Of a DNA stretch of 64,000 nt, positions 9,586 to 25,553 are shown piece after piece. The translations under genes and the position numbers were made by a program. Source of the DNA: an uncultured bacterium (GTDB lineage Bacteria > Fermentibacterota > Fermentibacteria > Fermentibacterales > JCC-6); contig CAZKJG010000008.1 of the NCBI GenBank assembly GCA_964553045.1, positions 27,465 through 91,464 of the forward strand. The letters are read 5' to 3'. Below the pieces are notes generated by a model. The model saw nothing but the letters and a program-made list of their open reading frames with translations. It was not told where the DNA came from and did no database searches. Positions within the stretch are counted from its first letter, which is position 1. Each line of letters opens with the position of its first letter.

Positions 9586-9963
9586 ATGAGCGAAGACAAG
9601 AAGGCCCAGATCATCGAGGCCATATCCGAGATGACAGTTCTCGAGCTGGCCGAGCTGGTCGAGGAGATGGAGGATAAGTTCGGCGTCTCCGCCTCGGCCC
9701 CGGCCGTGGCAGCCGTCGCGGCTCCGGCCGAGAGCGGCAAGGAGGAGGAGCAGACCGAGTTCGATGTGGTGCTGGAGGACTTCGGCGCCAAGAAGATCCA
9801 GGTCATCAAGGTCGTCCGCGAGATAACGGGTCTGGGCCTCAAGGAGGCCAAGGCTCTGGTGGACGAGGCCCCCTCCAAGGTCAAGGAGGAGCTGGACAAG
9901 TCCGAGGCGGAGGAGATTCAAAAACAGCTCGAAGAGGCTGGCGCTACTGTCACTCTGCAGTAA
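9586..9963 (+). CDS. rplL: 50S ribosomal protein L7/L12
   Basis: [36 protein letters not shown]..., Ala-rich hinge, C-terminal [10 protein letters not shown]...GATVTLQ. Confidence 0.95.
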   Translation: MSEDKKAQIIEAISEMTVLELAELVEEMEDKFGVSASAPAVAAVAAPAESGKEEEQTEFDVVLEDFGAKKIQVIKVVREITGLGLKEAKALVDEAPSKVKEELDKSEAEEIQKQLEEAGATVTLQ

Positions 9964-10057
9964 CGCTCCCCACATAAGCCTCTTCGAAGGAGCGCGAGCA
10001 AGCGGGTGGAGGGTTGGAACGGGCCCTCCGTCCGCCGCGCTGTCAAGACGGAATCCC

Positions 10058-10079
10058 GCCGCGGCCCCCGGGCCGCGGA
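10058..10079 (+). terminator. GC-rich hairpin in the rplL-rpoB spacer (putative partial terminator/attenuator)
   Basis: CCGCGGCCC-CCG-GGGCCGCGG perfect 9-bp stem. No clear U-tract follows. Confidence 0.35.
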
Positions 10080-10290
10080 AGGGACGCGGAATAGATGCGG
10101 CCGGAAGAGCAGATGTCCGGCCCGATGAAACAGCGGGCGTGCGGCCCCATCGCCGGCCTGAAGGAAACGGCAAGGCGAAAGGGCGTTTTGTGCCCCTGCC
10201 CGCATCGGAAGGAACCGCAGCTGTCACGGGACCGGCCGGTGGAAGCGATTATCGCCCGGGAGTATTCAAAGCAGGCGTTAGGAGTGCCAG

Positions 10291-13200
10291 GTGAAGAGAG
10301 AAAGACCTGTAAGGAACTACGCGAGGGTCGGCGCAGCCATCGAGATACCGAACCTGCTCAGGATACAGAAGGAATCCTTCAGGGATTTCCTGCAGCTGGA
10401 CGCCGCTCCCGAAGAGCGGCTTCCCCAGGGCCTGCACAAGATCTTCCTGGACACGTTTCCCATCGAGAGCTCCAACGGCGAGTTCTCGCTGGAGTACGTC
10501 AGCTACGACGTGGGAAGGTCCAAATACGACATACAGGAGGCGTTGAACAAGGGCCTCACCTACTCCGCGCCCCTGACCTCCACCCTCAGGCTCGCCTTCA
10601 AGGACGTAGACGAGACCGGCAAGGTCTCCCGGGTGGTGGAGCAGTCGGTCTTCCTGGGCGAGCTGCCACTCATGACCGAGACGGGCTCCTTCGTCATCAA
10701 CGGGGCCGAGCGGGTGATAGTCAACCAGCTTCACCGCAGCCCGGGAGTGTTCTTCGAGGAGAAGACCATGCAGCGGGGGCGGAGGGTGTGCAGCGCCAGG
10801 GTGATCCCACAGCGCGGCTCCTGGCTGGACCTGATGCTGGACAACAACGACATAATCTTCGCCAACATCGACCGCCGACCCAAGAGAATACCGGTGACCA
10901 TGCTGCTGCGCGCCCTGGGCCTTTCCACGGATTCCCACATACTGGCGAGCTTCTACCCGGTCCTCGAGGCGGACATACCAGCCGCTCTGAAGAGCCGCAG
11001 CCGGAAGGTGGAGCTGACCCTGAAGTCGTTCGCGGAGGACGTGGTAGACCCGGAGACCGGCGAGCTGCTTGCCCGGGCCGATGAGCCGGTTGAGAGCGCC
11101 GAGAAGCTGGAGACGCTGGTGGAGCACGGCATCAAGGAGGGCAAGTTCCTCGGCTCCCGCTCCAGAAAAACCGACTTCGACGGCATCCGCAAGACGCTAA
11201 CCAAGGAGGAGAGCAGCCTGGGCGCCGGCGTGGAGAAGTCCGAGGACGAGGCCACGCTGTGGATCTACGAGGCCCTGCGCGGCACCGAGGCGCCGTCGCT
11301 GGACCACGCCCGCAGCTACCTCCGGTCCATGTTCTTCGACTCCAAGCGCTACAGCCTCAGCGAGGTGGGTCGCTACAAGGTCAACGAGCGGCTGAACATC
11401 GACACCCCCATGGACAAGCTGACCCTCACCGTGGAGGACCTGGTGGCCATCGTGGACAACCTGATCAGGCTTCGGGAGGGCAAGATCAGCGCCGACGACA
11501 TCGACCACCTGGGCAACCGCAGGGTGAAGACGGTGGGGGAGCTGATGGGCCAGGAGTTCTCCAAGGGCCTCAGCCGAATGTCCCGCACCATACGGGACCG
11601 CATGGGGCACCAGGACCGCGAGAAGCTCACCCCTCACGACCTGGTCAACTCCCGCACCCTCTCCAGCGTGATAACCACCTTCTTCGGCTCCAGCCAGCTG
11701 TCGCAGTTCATGGAGCAGACCAACCCGCTGGCCGAGCTGACCCACAAGCGGCGCACCAGCGCCCTGGGAGAGGGCGGTCTCACCCGTGAGCGCGCGGGCT
11801 TCGACGTCCGCGACGTTCACCACACCCACTACGGCCGCGTCTGTCCGGTGGAGACCCCGGAGGGCCCCAACATCGGCCTGATCACAACCCTGGCGGTCTT
11901 CGCCACCATAAACCGCTTCGGTTTCCTGGAGACCCCCTACCGCAGGGTGGTGGACGGCAAGATCAGCGACGAGGTGGTCTACCTCTCGGCCGATCGGGAG
12001 GACCGCACCACCATCGCCGAGGCCGACGCCGCGATAGACGAGGGGGGCAACCTCACAGGCGAGTTCGTGCGGGCCAGGCGCGCCGGGACCTTTCCCATGG
12101 TCAGACCCGAAGAGGTGGAGTTCATAGACGTGTCACCGCAGCAGCTGGTGGGCGTGTCCGCGGCCCTGATTCCCTTCCTGGAGCACGATGACGCCAACCG
12201 AGCCCTGATGGGCTCGAACATGATGAGGCAGGCCGTTCCGCTGCTTCACACCGAGTACCCGCTGGTGGGAACGGGGATGGAGGACATGGCGGCCAGGGAC
12301 TCCGGAGCCCTGGTGATGGCCCGAAGGCCTGGTGTGGTCCACCACGTGGACTCGGGCAAGGTCGTGGTTCGCGCCGACACGGACAAGTACGACTTCGAGA
12401 AGTTCGATACCTACCGCCTGAACAAGTTCGTCCGAAGCAACCAGGATACCTGCATCAACCAGAGGCCGCTGGTCAAGGTGGGCGACCGCGTGGATACAGG
12501 ACAGCCCCTGGCCGACGGCATGGCCACCCAGGAAGCCAGGCTGGCCCTGGGAGTGAACGCCCTGGTGGCCTTCACGCCCTGGAACGGCTACAACTTCGAG
12601 GACGCCATAGTGGTCAGCGAGCGGCTTCTGAAGAAGGACATCTTCTCCTCGGTGCACATCGTGGAGATGGACACCGAGTTCCGCGAGACCAAGCTGGGCC
12701 CCGAGGAGCTGACCCGGGAGATCCCCAACGTGGGCGAGAAGGCCAAGGAGAACCTGGACGACGACGGCATCATCAAGATAGGCAGCCGCGTGCGCGAGGA
12801 CGATATCCTGGTGGGCAAGGTTACTCCCAAGGGCGAGCAGGACCTCTCCCCCGAGGAGCGCCTGATTCGGGCCATCTTCGGCCAGAAGGCCGGCGACGTG
12901 AAGGACGCCTCGCTCAAGGCTCCCACCGGCATGGACGGAGTGGTAATCGATGTGAAGGTCTACTCGCGCAAGGACCGGTCGGAGCGCGGCCGGAGGCTGG
13001 CCGAGCAGAAGATCGACAGGATTCGGGCGGAGCGCGAGGACCGGGAGCGCCGGCTGGCCGAGGAGCGCGACACCCTGCTGGCCGAGCTGATCAAGGGCAG
13101 GAAGGCGGTCAGCATCGTGGACACCCTTACCGGCGAGGTTCTGGTGCCCGTCGGAAGGAAGGTGTCCGCCACGGCCCTGAAGAAGATCGACTTCAGCGAC

Positions 13201-14094
13201 GTGGACCCCGACCAGCAGCTGGTGGAGGACCTGGAGGCCGACGACAGGGCCAGGCTGGTGCTCCGGCGGGCGGCGAAGATGCTGCGGAAGATCGCCGAGG
13301 ACGCCGAGGACGCCGAGGACCGGGTGAACCGCGGAGACGACCTCAAGCCCGGAATCATCAAGCTGGTGAAGGTCTACATCGCCCGCCGGCGCAAGCTGCG
13401 GATCGGCGACAAGATGGCCGGACGCCACGGCAACAAGGGAGTGGTGAGCATCGTGGTCCCCGAGGAGGACATGCCCTACCTTCCCGACGGAACCCCGGTG
13501 GACATCTGCCTCAACCCCCTGGGCGTGCCGAGCCGAATGAACGTCGGGCAGATCATGGAGACCAACCTCGGATGGGCGGCGAAGGAGCTGGGTTTCAATG
13601 CCGTCACTCCGGTGTTCAACTCCGCCTCCAACGACGACGTGAGGAGGGCGCTGGACGAGGCCGGCCTTCCCGAGGACGGCAAGAGCGTACTCTACGACGG
13701 CCTGACCGGAGAGCCCGTGGATGAGCGGGTCACGGTGGGTTACATGTACACGCTCAAGCTGGCCCACCAGGTGGAGGACAAGATCCACTCCCGCTCCACG
13801 GGACCGTACGCCATGGTGACCCAGCAGCCCCTGGGCGGAAAGGCCCAGAATGGCGGCCAGAGGCTGGGGGAGATGGAGGTCTGGGCCCTGGAGGCCTACG
13901 GCGCGGCCCATACGCTGCGCGAGATGCTTACCGTGAAATCCGACGATACAGAGGGCAGGTCCCGGGCCTACAGCGCCATGGTCAACGGCGAGAACATCGG
14001 TCTGCCCACCACGCCGGAGTCATTCAACGTCCTGCTCAACGAGATGAGGAGCCTGGCCCTGGACGTGGAGCTCGTTACCGAGGAGGAGAACTAG
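10291..14094 (+). CDS. rpoB: DNA-directed RNA polymerase beta subunit
   Basis: 1267 aa, GTG start. Conserved blocks include NPLAELTHKRRTSALGEGGL and GDKMAGRHGNKGVVS. Confidence 0.97.
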   Translation: MKRERPVRNYARVGAAIEIPNLLRIQKESFRDFLQLDAAPEERLPQGLHKIFLDTFPIESSNGEFSLEYVSYDVGRSKYDIQEALNKGLTYSAPLTSTLRLAFKDVDETGKVSRVVEQSVFLGELPLMTETGSFVINGAERVIVNQLHRSPGVFFEEKTMQRGRRVCSARVIPQRGSWLDLMLDNNDIIFANIDRRPKRIPVTMLLRALGLSTDSHILASFYPVLEADIPAALKSRSRKVELTLKSFAEDVVDPETGELLARADEPVESAEKLETLVEHGIKEGKFLGSRSRKTDFDGIRKTLTKEESSLGAGVEKSEDEATLWIYEALRGTEAPSLDHARSYLRSMFFDSKRYSLSEVGRYKVNERLNIDTPMDKLTLTVEDLVAIVDNLIRLREGKISADDIDHLGNRRVKTVGELMGQEFSKGLSRMSRTIRDRMGHQDREKLTPHDLVNSRTLSSVITTFFGSSQLSQFMEQTNPLAELTHKRRTSALGEGGLTRERAGFDVRDVHHTHYGRVCPVETPEGPNIGLITTLAVFATINRFGFLETPYRRVVDGKISDEVVYLSADREDRTTIAEADAAIDEGGNLTGEFVRARRAGTFPMVRPEEVEFIDVSPQQLVGVSAALIPFLEHDDANRALMGSNMMRQAVPLLHTEYPLVGTGMEDMAARDSGALVMARRPGVVHHVDSGKVVVRADTDKYDFEKFDTYRLNKFVRSNQDTCINQRPLVKVGDRVDTGQPLADGMATQEARLALGVNALVAFTPWNGYNFEDAIVVSERLLKKDIFSSVHIVEMDTEFRETKLGPEELTREIPNVGEKAKENLDDDGIIKIGSRVREDDILVGKVTPKGEQDLSPEERLIRAIFGQKAGDVKDASLKAPTGMDGVVIDVKVYSRKDRSERGRRLAEQKIDRIRAEREDRERRLAEERDTLLAELIKGRKAVSIVDTLTGEVLVPVGRKVSATALKKIDFSDVDPDQQLVEDLEADDRARLVLRRAAKMLRKIAEDAEDAEDRVNRGDDLKPGIIKLVKVYIARRRKLRIGDKMAGRHGNKGVVSIVVPEEDMPYLPDGTPVDICLNPLGVPSRMNVGQIMETNLGWAAKELGFNAVTPVFNSASNDDVRRALDEAGLPEDGKSVLYDGLTGEPVDERVTVGYMYTLKLAHQVEDKIHSRSTGPYAMVTQQPLGGKAQNGGQRLGEMEVWALEAYGAAHTLREMLTVKSDDTEGRSRAYSAMVNGENIGLPTTPESFNVLLNEMRSLALDVELVTEEEN

Positions 14095-18861
<4,767 letters not shown>

Positions 18862-18935
18862 GGTAACAGCCCTCCCGCCCGCAGAACGCTATCTGCTGGC
18901 GCGAGGGGATCTTTTGTGCACCGAAAGGAGATGAT

Positions 18936-19307
18936 TTGCCGACCATAAACCAGCTGGTACGCAAGGGTCGGAAGAAGCAGGTCAAGAAGCGCAAGGCGCC
19001 TGCTCTTCAGAGATGCCCCCAGAAGAAGGGCATCTGCACCCGCGTGTACACCTCCACGCCGAAGAAGCCGAACTCGGCCCTGCGCAAGGTCGCCAGGGTC
19101 CGTCTTCGCAACGGCTTCGAGGTGACGGCCTACATCCCCGGCGAGGGCCATAACCTAAACGAGCACTCGGTCGTGCTCGTGAGGGGCGGAAGGGTGAAGG
19201 ACCTTCCCGGCGTTCGCTACCACATCATTCGGGGAGTGGAGGACACCGCAGGCGTAGATGGCAGGAGTCAGGGCAGGTCTAAGTACGGCACCAAGAAGTC
19301 GGGCTGA
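18936..19307 (+). CDS. rpsL: 30S ribosomal protein S12
   Basis: TTG start 5 nt after [20 protein letters not shown]...[17 protein letters not shown]. Confidence 0.95.
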   Translation: MPTINQLVRKGRKKQVKKRKAPALQRCPQKKGICTRVYTSTPKKPNSALRKVARVRLRNGFEVTAYIPGEGHNLNEHSVVLVRGGRVKDLPGVRYHIIRGVEDTAGVDGRSQGRSKYGTKKSG

Positions 19308-19374
19308 CGCCCGCCGCCGTAAGGCCGCCTCACAGTAATAGGAAGCCTCCCCTTGAGGGAGGCCGGGAGGATCA

Positions 19375-19848
19375 ATGGCAAGGAGATCAAGGCCAAAGAG
19401 GCGCGAGGGGACGCCGGACCGCAAGTTCGGCAACCTTCTGGTCTCGAAGTTGATCAGCAAGGTGATGATCGACGGCAAGAGGGCGAAGGCCGAGGGCATC
19501 GTCTACGACGCCTTTGACCTCATCGCCGAGAAGACCGGCAAGGATCCGGTTACCGTCTTCAACAGGGCCATGAAGAACGTCAGGCCCTCGCTGAAGGTGA
19601 AGTCCAGGAGGGTGGGAGGCTCCACCTACCAGGTACCCATGGAGGTGCGGCCCCGGGAGCGCGACTCCCTGGCCCTCAGATGGATCGTCGGCTTTGCGTC
19701 GGCCCGCAGGGGCAGGTCCCTTTCGGAGAAGCTGGCCGCCGAGCTGACAGACGCTTCCAAGGGAGAAGGCGCCGGAAGCGTGAAGAAGAAGGAAGACACG
19801 CACAGAATGGCCGAGGCCAACAAGGCCTTTGCCCACTACCGCTGGTAG
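19375..19848 (+). CDS. rpsG: 30S ribosomal protein S7
   Basis: [36 protein letters not shown]... Confidence 0.95.
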   Translation: MARRSRPKRREGTPDRKFGNLLVSKLISKVMIDGKRAKAEGIVYDAFDLIAEKTGKDPVTVFNRAMKNVRPSLKVKSRRVGGSTYQVPMEVRPRERDSLALRWIVGFASARRGRSLSEKLAAELTDASKGEGAGSVKKKEDTHRMAEANKAFAHYRW

Positions 19849-19936
19849 GATAGCCCCCCGGGGCCTGCCCCCGGAGCTCCCAGGCGGCTGCGGCAAAGGC
19901 CTCCGGCCTTACAGACGCTGAAGGAGCTCAACCCGG

Positions 19937-22003
19937 ATGGGTAAGCCCGAGAGAATCCGCAACATTGGCATCATGGCCCACATAGATGCCGGCAAGACCA
20001 CCACCACCGAGCGGATCCTGTACTACACCGGACGCCTTCACAGGATGGGCGACGTGGACCACGGCACGGCCGTGATGGACTGGATGCCCCAGGAGAAGGA
20101 GAGGGGCATAACCATCCAGTCCGCCGCCACCACCTGCAGCTGGCGTGACCACGAGATAAACATCATCGACACCCCCGGGCACGTGGACTTCACCGTGGAG
20201 GTGGAGCGCAGTCTGAGGGTGCTCGACGGAGCGGTGGCCGTGTTCTGCGCCGTGGGCGGCGTGGAGCCCCAGTCGGAGACTGTCTGGCACCAGGCCGACC
20301 GGTACGGGGTTCCCCGGGTGGCCTTCATCAACAAGATGGACCGAAGGGGGGCCGATTTCGAGGGTGCGGTCCAGATGATGCGCGACGTACTGGGAGCCTG
20401 TCCGCTTCCGGTGGCTCTTCCCATCGGCTGCGGCGACTCCTTCGAGGGCGTCATAAGCGTTCTGGACGGCAAGGCCCTCTACTTCGACGAGGAGAGCCTG
20501 GGGGCGCAGTTCGACTACGTGGACATACCCGCCGAGCACATGGAGCGGTACCGGAAGGCACGCGAGGTGGTCTGGGAGAAGGCGGCCGAGCGGGACGTGG
20601 AGGCCATGGAACTCTACTTTGCGGGGGAGCTGAAGGCGGACAGGGTGCGCGAGCTCCTGCGCGGAGCCACCGTGGAGGGCGACCTGGTCCCCGTGCTCTG
20701 CGGCTCGGCGCTGAAGAACGTGGGAGTACAGGGCCTGATGGACGCCATAGTGGACTGGCTGCCGTCGCCCCTGGACTTCACCGAGGTCAGCGGAGAGCTC
20801 CCCGACGGAACCGCGGCCACCCGGCGGCGGAGGGCGGACGAGCCGTTCACGGCCCTGGTCTTCAAGGTGCAGAGCGACCCGCACCTGGGCCGCCTGGCCT
20901 ACCTTCGGGTCTACGCCGGGTGCGCCGACGACGGACAGGCGGTGCTGAACAACCGCATCGGCAAGAGCGAGCGGATGACCCGGCTGGTCAGGATGCACGC
21001 CGAGAAACGCAGCCACCTGGACTCCATACGGGCGGGGGACATAGCGGCGGCCGGCCTGCGGACCGCGGCCACAGGAGACACGCTGACCTCCCAGGACGCC
21101 CCCATGGTGCTGGAGATCATAGACTTCCCAGACCCGGTCATGCAGATGGCCATAGAGCCGGCCAGCACTTCGGACGAGAAGGCCCTGGAGCAGGCTCTGG
21201 GGGAGATGGAGGGGGAGGATCCCTCGCTGAAGGTCGAGTCCGACCCCGACAGCGGCCAGATGCTGATCAGGGGAATGGGAGAGCTGCACCTGGAGATAGT
21301 TGCCGAGCGGCTGCGCCGTGAACGGGGTCTTTCGGTTCGGACCGGAAACCCCCAGGTCTCCTACCGGGAGAGCGTTTCCGGCTCGGCCAGGGCATCGGCG
21401 GAGTTCGCCAGGTCCATCAAGGGCCGGGGCCACTTCGGAAGGGTGCTCCTGCGGGTCTCTCCGGCCGAGTCCGGCGTCGACTTCGTCAGCAGGCTCCCCG
21501 TAGACGGGCTTCCGGACCACTACGTGGAGGCCGTGGAGCGCGGGGTCATGGGCTCGGTGGGAGCCGGGCCGCTGGCCGGGTTCCCCATGGACGGGATGAT
21601 GGTGGAGCTGCTGAAGGCGGAGTTCCACGAGACCGACTCCTCGGAGCTGGGATACAGCGCGGCGGCCGGCGATGCGCTGCGCAAGGCGGTGTCCAGTGCC
21701 GGCCCCGTCCTCCGCGAGCCGGTCATGCAGGTGGATGTCGTGTGCCCTGAACGTTACATGGGTGATGTAATTAGTGACATAAACGCACGCAGGGGCAGGG
21801 TGGAATCGATGGAGCCAAGGGGCGAGTCGCAGGAGGTCCGGGCAAGGGTACCGCTTGCCGGGCTTTTCGGTTATACTAGCGCCCTACGTTCGCTGACACA
21901 GGGGCATGCCGGGTACAACATGCAGTTCCGCGAGTACCGTCAGGTACCCGAGAACGTGGCGGCTGCCCTGCTGGAGAAGATGGGAATAAGGGCCGGCTTC
22001 TGA
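19937..22003 (+). CDS. fusA: Elongation factor G
   Basis: 688 aa; [33 protein letters not shown]. Confidence 0.97.
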   Translation: MGKPERIRNIGIMAHIDAGKTTTTERILYYTGRLHRMGDVDHGTAVMDWMPQEKERGITIQSAATTCSWRDHEINIIDTPGHVDFTVEVERSLRVLDGAVAVFCAVGGVEPQSETVWHQADRYGVPRVAFINKMDRRGADFEGAVQMMRDVLGACPLPVALPIGCGDSFEGVISVLDGKALYFDEESLGAQFDYVDIPAEHMERYRKAREVVWEKAAERDVEAMELYFAGELKADRVRELLRGATVEGDLVPVLCGSALKNVGVQGLMDAIVDWLPSPLDFTEVSGELPDGTAATRRRRADEPFTALVFKVQSDPHLGRLAYLRVYAGCADDGQAVLNNRIGKSERMTRLVRMHAEKRSHLDSIRAGDIAAAGLRTAATGDTLTSQDAPMVLEIIDFPDPVMQMAIEPASTSDEKALEQALGEMEGEDPSLKVESDPDSGQMLIRGMGELHLEIVAERLRRERGLSVRTGNPQVSYRESVSGSARASAEFARSIKGRGHFGRVLLRVSPAESGVDFVSRLPVDGLPDHYVEAVERGVMGSVGAGPLAGFPMDGMMVELLKAEFHETDSSELGYSAAAGDALRKAVSSAGPVLREPVMQVDVVCPERYMGDVISDINARRGRVESMEPRGESQEVRARVPLAGLFGYTSALRSLTQGHAGYNMQFREYRQVPENVAAALLEKMGIRAGF

Positions 22004-22049
22004 GCCGGAAGGCCGGAGGCTCCCGAACCCAGGAGAGGGAAAGAGGCAG

Positions 22050-22367
22050 TTGAACGAACAGAAGCTGAGGATCAGGCTCAGGGCTTACGATCACCGGCTC
22101 CTCGACCGGTCCGCCGCGGATATAGCAAGGTCCGTGGCCAAGACCGGAGCCAAGGTGGCCGGACCGATCCCGCTGCCCACCAAGAGGTCGGTGGTCACGG
22201 TGCTCAAGAGCCCACACGTGAACAAGAAGTCCCGGGAGCAGTTCGAGATAAGGGTTCACTCCCGGCTTCTCGAGATCGGCGAACCCAACGAGCAGACCAC
22301 CGAGGCCCTGCGGCAGCAGGACGTTCCCGCGGGGGTCGACGTAGAGGTCAAGACGAAGTCCCAGTAG
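22050..22367 (+). CDS. rpsJ: 30S ribosomal protein S10
   Basis: TTG start after [59 protein letters not shown]. Confidence 0.93.
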   Translation: MNEQKLRIRLRAYDHRLLDRSAADIARSVAKTGAKVAGPIPLPTKRSVVTVLKSPHVNKKSREQFEIRVHSRLLEIGEPNEQTTEALRQQDVPAGVDVEVKTKSQ

Positions 22368-22462
22368 CACTTCTTTCTTACTGACCCGGCCTGCACCGGG
22401 TTAAGAGAAAGCCGGACTGTCGGGCGAAGGCGGTAAGCCCGGCGGACGGAGCAGAACAGAAA

Positions 22463-22484
22463 CGCTCGTCCCCCCGCCAGGAGG
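22463..22484 (+). promoter_or_regulatory. Hairpin in an atypical 140-nt rpsJ-rplC spacer
   Basis: GTCCCC-CCGCCAGGA-GGGGAC, a 6-bp perfect stem, lies 24 nt upstream of the rplC ATG. These two genes are normally tightly linked. Confidence 0.3.
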
Positions 22485-22507
22485 GGACTTCAGCGACGGG
22501 AGAGACT

Positions 22508-23137
22508 ATGAGCGGCTTGATGGCTCGCAAGGTCGGTATGACCCGTGTATTCAGAGAAGGCGGTAACTCTGTGCCAGTTACTGTTTTAGAGGCCGAGCCG
22601 TGCCCCGTTGTCCAGGTGAGGACATCGGAGCGGGACGGCTACGAGGCGGTGCAGATAGGCTACAGCCCCAAGAGGGAGAGCAGGCTCACCAGGCCCATGG
22701 CCGGGCACCTGGCCCGCGCCGGTGCGAGCGCCGTGGCCCGCCTGAAGGAGGTTCCCGTTCCGGAGGGCGGGGCAGAGGAGGGCGACACCCTCGACGTGAC
22801 CATGTTCGCCGAGGGCGAGCTGGTTGACGTCACCGGCTACTCCAAGGGACGCGGCTTCCAGGGCGTTGTGAAGCGGCACGGATTCTCCAGCGGAGACGAA
22901 TCCCACGGGAACAAGTCCACGAGGATTCCCGGGGCTATCGGACAGTGCGCCACTCCTTCACGGGTCTACAAGAACCGGAGGATGCCGGGCAGGCACGGCG
23001 GCAGGAAGGTCACCGTCAGGAACCTCGAGGTCATAGAGGTCGACCCCGAGAACAACCTGCTGGTGGTCAAGGGAGCCGTTCCGGGCTCCAAGAACGGATA
23101 CCTCCTGGTGCGCAAGAACTCCAGGGGAGGGGCGTGA
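22508..23137 (+). CDS. rplC: 50S ribosomal protein L3
   Basis: MSGLMARKVGMTRVFREGGNSVPVTVLEAEPCPVVQVRT... Confidence 0.95.
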   Translation: MSGLMARKVGMTRVFREGGNSVPVTVLEAEPCPVVQVRTSERDGYEAVQIGYSPKRESRLTRPMAGHLARAGASAVARLKEVPVPEGGAEEGDTLDVTMFAEGELVDVTGYSKGRGFQGVVKRHGFSSGDESHGNKSTRIPGAIGQCATPSRVYKNRRMPGRHGGRKVTVRNLEVIEVDPENNLLVVKGAVPGSKNGYLLVRKNSRGGA

Positions 23138-23766
23138 TGGCAGTGGCAGAGGCAAGGGTATACAGTATGGACGGCAGCGAGGTCGGAACCCTTGACCTCC
23201 CCGAGGAGGCTTTCGGCACCGCCGTCAGCACCCATCTCCTCTGGGAGGTTGTGAGGGCCGAGCAGGCCGGCGCCCGCGCCGGGCTGGCCTCCACCAGGGG
23301 GCGCAGCGAGGTGAGGGCCTCCGGCCGCAAGCCGTGGAGGCAGAAGCACACGGGCAACGCCAGGGCGGGCTCAGTCGCCTCCCCCATCTGGCGCGGAGGC
23401 GGCATTGCCACCGGGCCCAGGCCCCGGCGGTTCCACCTGAAGGTCAACCGCAAGGTCCGTCGGAAGGCGCTGGCCGGGATCCTCTCGGAGAGACTGGGCG
23501 AGGGCAACTTCCGCGTGATCCGCGACCTGTCCACCGAGGGACGGACCAGGAACATGGCCGACCTTCTGCGGGGTCAGGAGTGCGGCGACCGTCTCACGGT
23601 CCTCCTTCTGGATGACGACGACGAGCCGGCCTACAGGGCGGCGCGCAACATCCCCAACCTGGTGGCGGTAAGCGCGGCCCGGGTTCCGGTGGGAACCCTG
23701 GTCAACGCCGAGGTGGTTCTGGTATCCGAGGGGGCTCTCGAGTCCCTCAAGAGGAGGGTGATGTAG
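23137..23766 (+). CDS. rplD: 50S ribosomal protein L4
   Basis: ATG overlaps the rplC stop (GTGATG; GTG at 23134 also possible). MAVAEARVYSMDGSEVGTLDLPEEAFG... Confidence 0.9.
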   Translation: MAVAEARVYSMDGSEVGTLDLPEEAFGTAVSTHLLWEVVRAEQAGARAGLASTRGRSEVRASGRKPWRQKHTGNARAGSVASPIWRGGGIATGPRPRRFHLKVNRKVRRKALAGILSERLGEGNFRVIRDLSTEGRTRNMADLLRGQECGDRLTVLLLDDDDEPAYRAARNIPNLVAVSAARVPVGTLVNAEVVLVSEGALESLKRRVM

Positions 23767-24054
23767 ATGGACTCCAGGCAGATCATCCTTCAGCCGGTGG
23801 TCACAGAGAAGTACACTGTGGTCAGGGAGCTCGAGAACAAGTACTGCTTCCGGGTGGATCCCAGGGCCGGCAAGAGGGAGATAGCGAGAGCGATAGAGGA
23901 GATATTCGACGTTCAAGTGGTGGGCGTCAGAACCATGAACGTGCAGGGCAAGCTGAGGCGAATGGGTCGCAACATCGGCCGCCGGCCTTCCTGGAAGAAG
24001 GCCATCGTGGCTCTGGCCGAGGGCGACAGCATCGACTTCTTCGAAGGGGTGTAG
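23767..24054 (+). CDS. rplW: 50S ribosomal protein L23
   Basis: MDSRQIILQPVVTEKYTVVRELENKYCFRVDPRAGKREIARAIEEIF. Confidence 0.93.
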   Translation: MDSRQIILQPVVTEKYTVVRELENKYCFRVDPRAGKREIARAIEEIFDVQVVGVRTMNVQGKLRRMGRNIGRRPSWKKAIVALAEGDSIDFFEGV

Positions 24055-24057
24055 AGG

Positions 24058-24903
24058 ATGGGCATGAAGAGATCCAAGCCGGTAACCCCCGGCAGCAGGT
24101 TCAGGGTCTCCCCCGACTTCTCCGAGGTGACCAGAGAAAAGCCCGAGAAGTCCCTGCTTCGGCCCCTCAAGAAGAAGGCCGGCAGGAACAACCAGGGAAG
24201 GCTCACCTCCCGGAATCGCGGCGGCGGACACAAGCGCCGCTACCGGGTGATAGACTTCAAGCGCGACAAGCACGGCGTGCCGGGCACGGTGCGCACCGTG
24301 GAGTACGATCCCAACAGGTCCGCCAGGATAGCTCTGGTGGTCTACGCCGACGGGGAGAAGAGGTACATCCTCGCCCCCCACAGGCTGGAGATGGGCCAGG
24401 AGGTCACATCCGGCCCCGACGCTCCCCCCGAGGTGGGAAACCACCTTCCTCTGAGCAGGATTCCACTGGGATCGATGATCCACAACGTGGAGATGAAGCC
24501 GGGCAAGGGCGGCCAGATCGCCCACGCCGCCGGTGCCTCGGTGCAGCTGCTGGCCCGCGAGGGCGGCTACGCAACCCTCAAGATGCCCAGCCGCGAGAAC
24601 CGCCGGATCTCCGTAAAGTGCATGGCCACCATGGGCACCGTGGGCAACGCCGAGCACAGCCTGGCGGATCCGGGAAAGGCCGGCAAGTCGCGCCACATGG
24701 GCCGCAGGCCCCACGTGCGCGGCGTGGTGAAGAACCCCGTCGACCACCCGATGGGCGGCGGCGAGGGGCGCTCCAGCGGCGGCAGACATCCCTGCTCGCC
24801 CTGGGGGCAGCTGGCCAAGGGCCTGAGGACCAGGAAGAGAAGCAAGGAATCCGACCGGTACATAACCCGGCGGAGGCCTACCGGAAAGAAGAGGAGGAGC
24901 TAA
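24058..24903 (+). CDS. rplB: 50S ribosomal protein L2
   Basis: [17 protein letters not shown]..., [15 protein letters not shown]...[25 protein letters not shown]. Confidence 0.95.
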   Translation: MGMKRSKPVTPGSRFRVSPDFSEVTREKPEKSLLRPLKKKAGRNNQGRLTSRNRGGGHKRRYRVIDFKRDKHGVPGTVRTVEYDPNRSARIALVVYADGEKRYILAPHRLEMGQEVTSGPDAPPEVGNHLPLSRIPLGSMIHNVEMKPGKGGQIAHAAGASVQLLAREGGYATLKMPSRENRRISVKCMATMGTVGNAEHSLADPGKAGKSRHMGRRPHVRGVVKNPVDHPMGGGEGRSSGGRHPCSPWGQLAKGLRTRKRSKESDRYITRRRPTGKKRRS

Positions 24904-25170
24904 GTGACTCGATCTCTGAAGAAGGGGCCGTACGTGGACGGCAAGCTCCTCGAGAAGGTGGAGGAGATCAACGCCTCCGGCAGCAAGAAGGTCATAAGGA
25001 CCTGGGCCAGGCGCTCCACCATTCCGCCGGAGTTCGTCGGGCACACCTTCGCCGTCTACAACGGCAGGAAGTTCATACCGGTGTACGTTGACGAGAACAT
25101 GGTCGGCCACAAGCTGGGGGAGTTCGCTCCCACCCGGACCTTCCGGGGCCACAGAGCGCAGACGATATAG
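24904..25170 (+). CDS. rpsS: 30S ribosomal protein S19
   Basis: GTG start; [19 protein letters not shown]...[19 protein letters not shown]. Confidence 0.94.
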   Translation: MTRSLKKGPYVDGKLLEKVEEINASGSKKVIRTWARRSTIPPEFVGHTFAVYNGRKFIPVYVDENMVGHKLGEFAPTRTFRGHRAQTI

Positions 25171-25177
25171 GCGGGTG

Positions 25178-25549
25178 ATGCAGATGGACGCTGTTGCGAA
25201 GGCCAGGTTCGTCAGGGTGTCGCCCCGAAAGGCCCGCCAGGTGGCGGACCTGATCCGCGGCAGGTCGGTGAACCAGGCGCTCTCCATTCTGGTGACGGTT
25301 CCCAGAAGGGCCTCGAAGATCATGGAGAAGGCCCTGGACTCCGCCGTGGCCAACGCGGTGGAGCTGGCGGGAGGTTCACCGCTGGACGCCGACGAGCTGA
25401 AGGTATCGAATGTAACCGTCGACCAGGGCCCCACGATGATGAGGTGGAAGCCCCGCGCCAGGGGACGGGCCACCCGCATCAGGCACCGCACCAGTCACAT
25501 CTCGGTGACGGTATCCAGTGAGGCCGCCGAGCTGAAACAGGAGGGATAG
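25178..25549 (+). CDS. rplV: 50S ribosomal protein L22
   Basis: Start ambiguous: ATG at 25178 or 25184. [36 protein letters not shown]. Confidence 0.88.
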   Translation: MQMDAVAKARFVRVSPRKARQVADLIRGRSVNQALSILVTVPRRASKIMEKALDSAVANAVELAGGSPLDADELKVSNVTVDQGPTMMRWKPRARGRATRIRHRTSHISVTVSSEAAELKQEG

Positions 25550-25553
25550 AGAG

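Noticed and set aside
19928-25491. Minus-strand ORFs 19928-21628 and 23371-25491 opposite fusA and the rplD-rplV genes
   Set aside because: They are antisense to universally conserved genes. Low-complexity composition.
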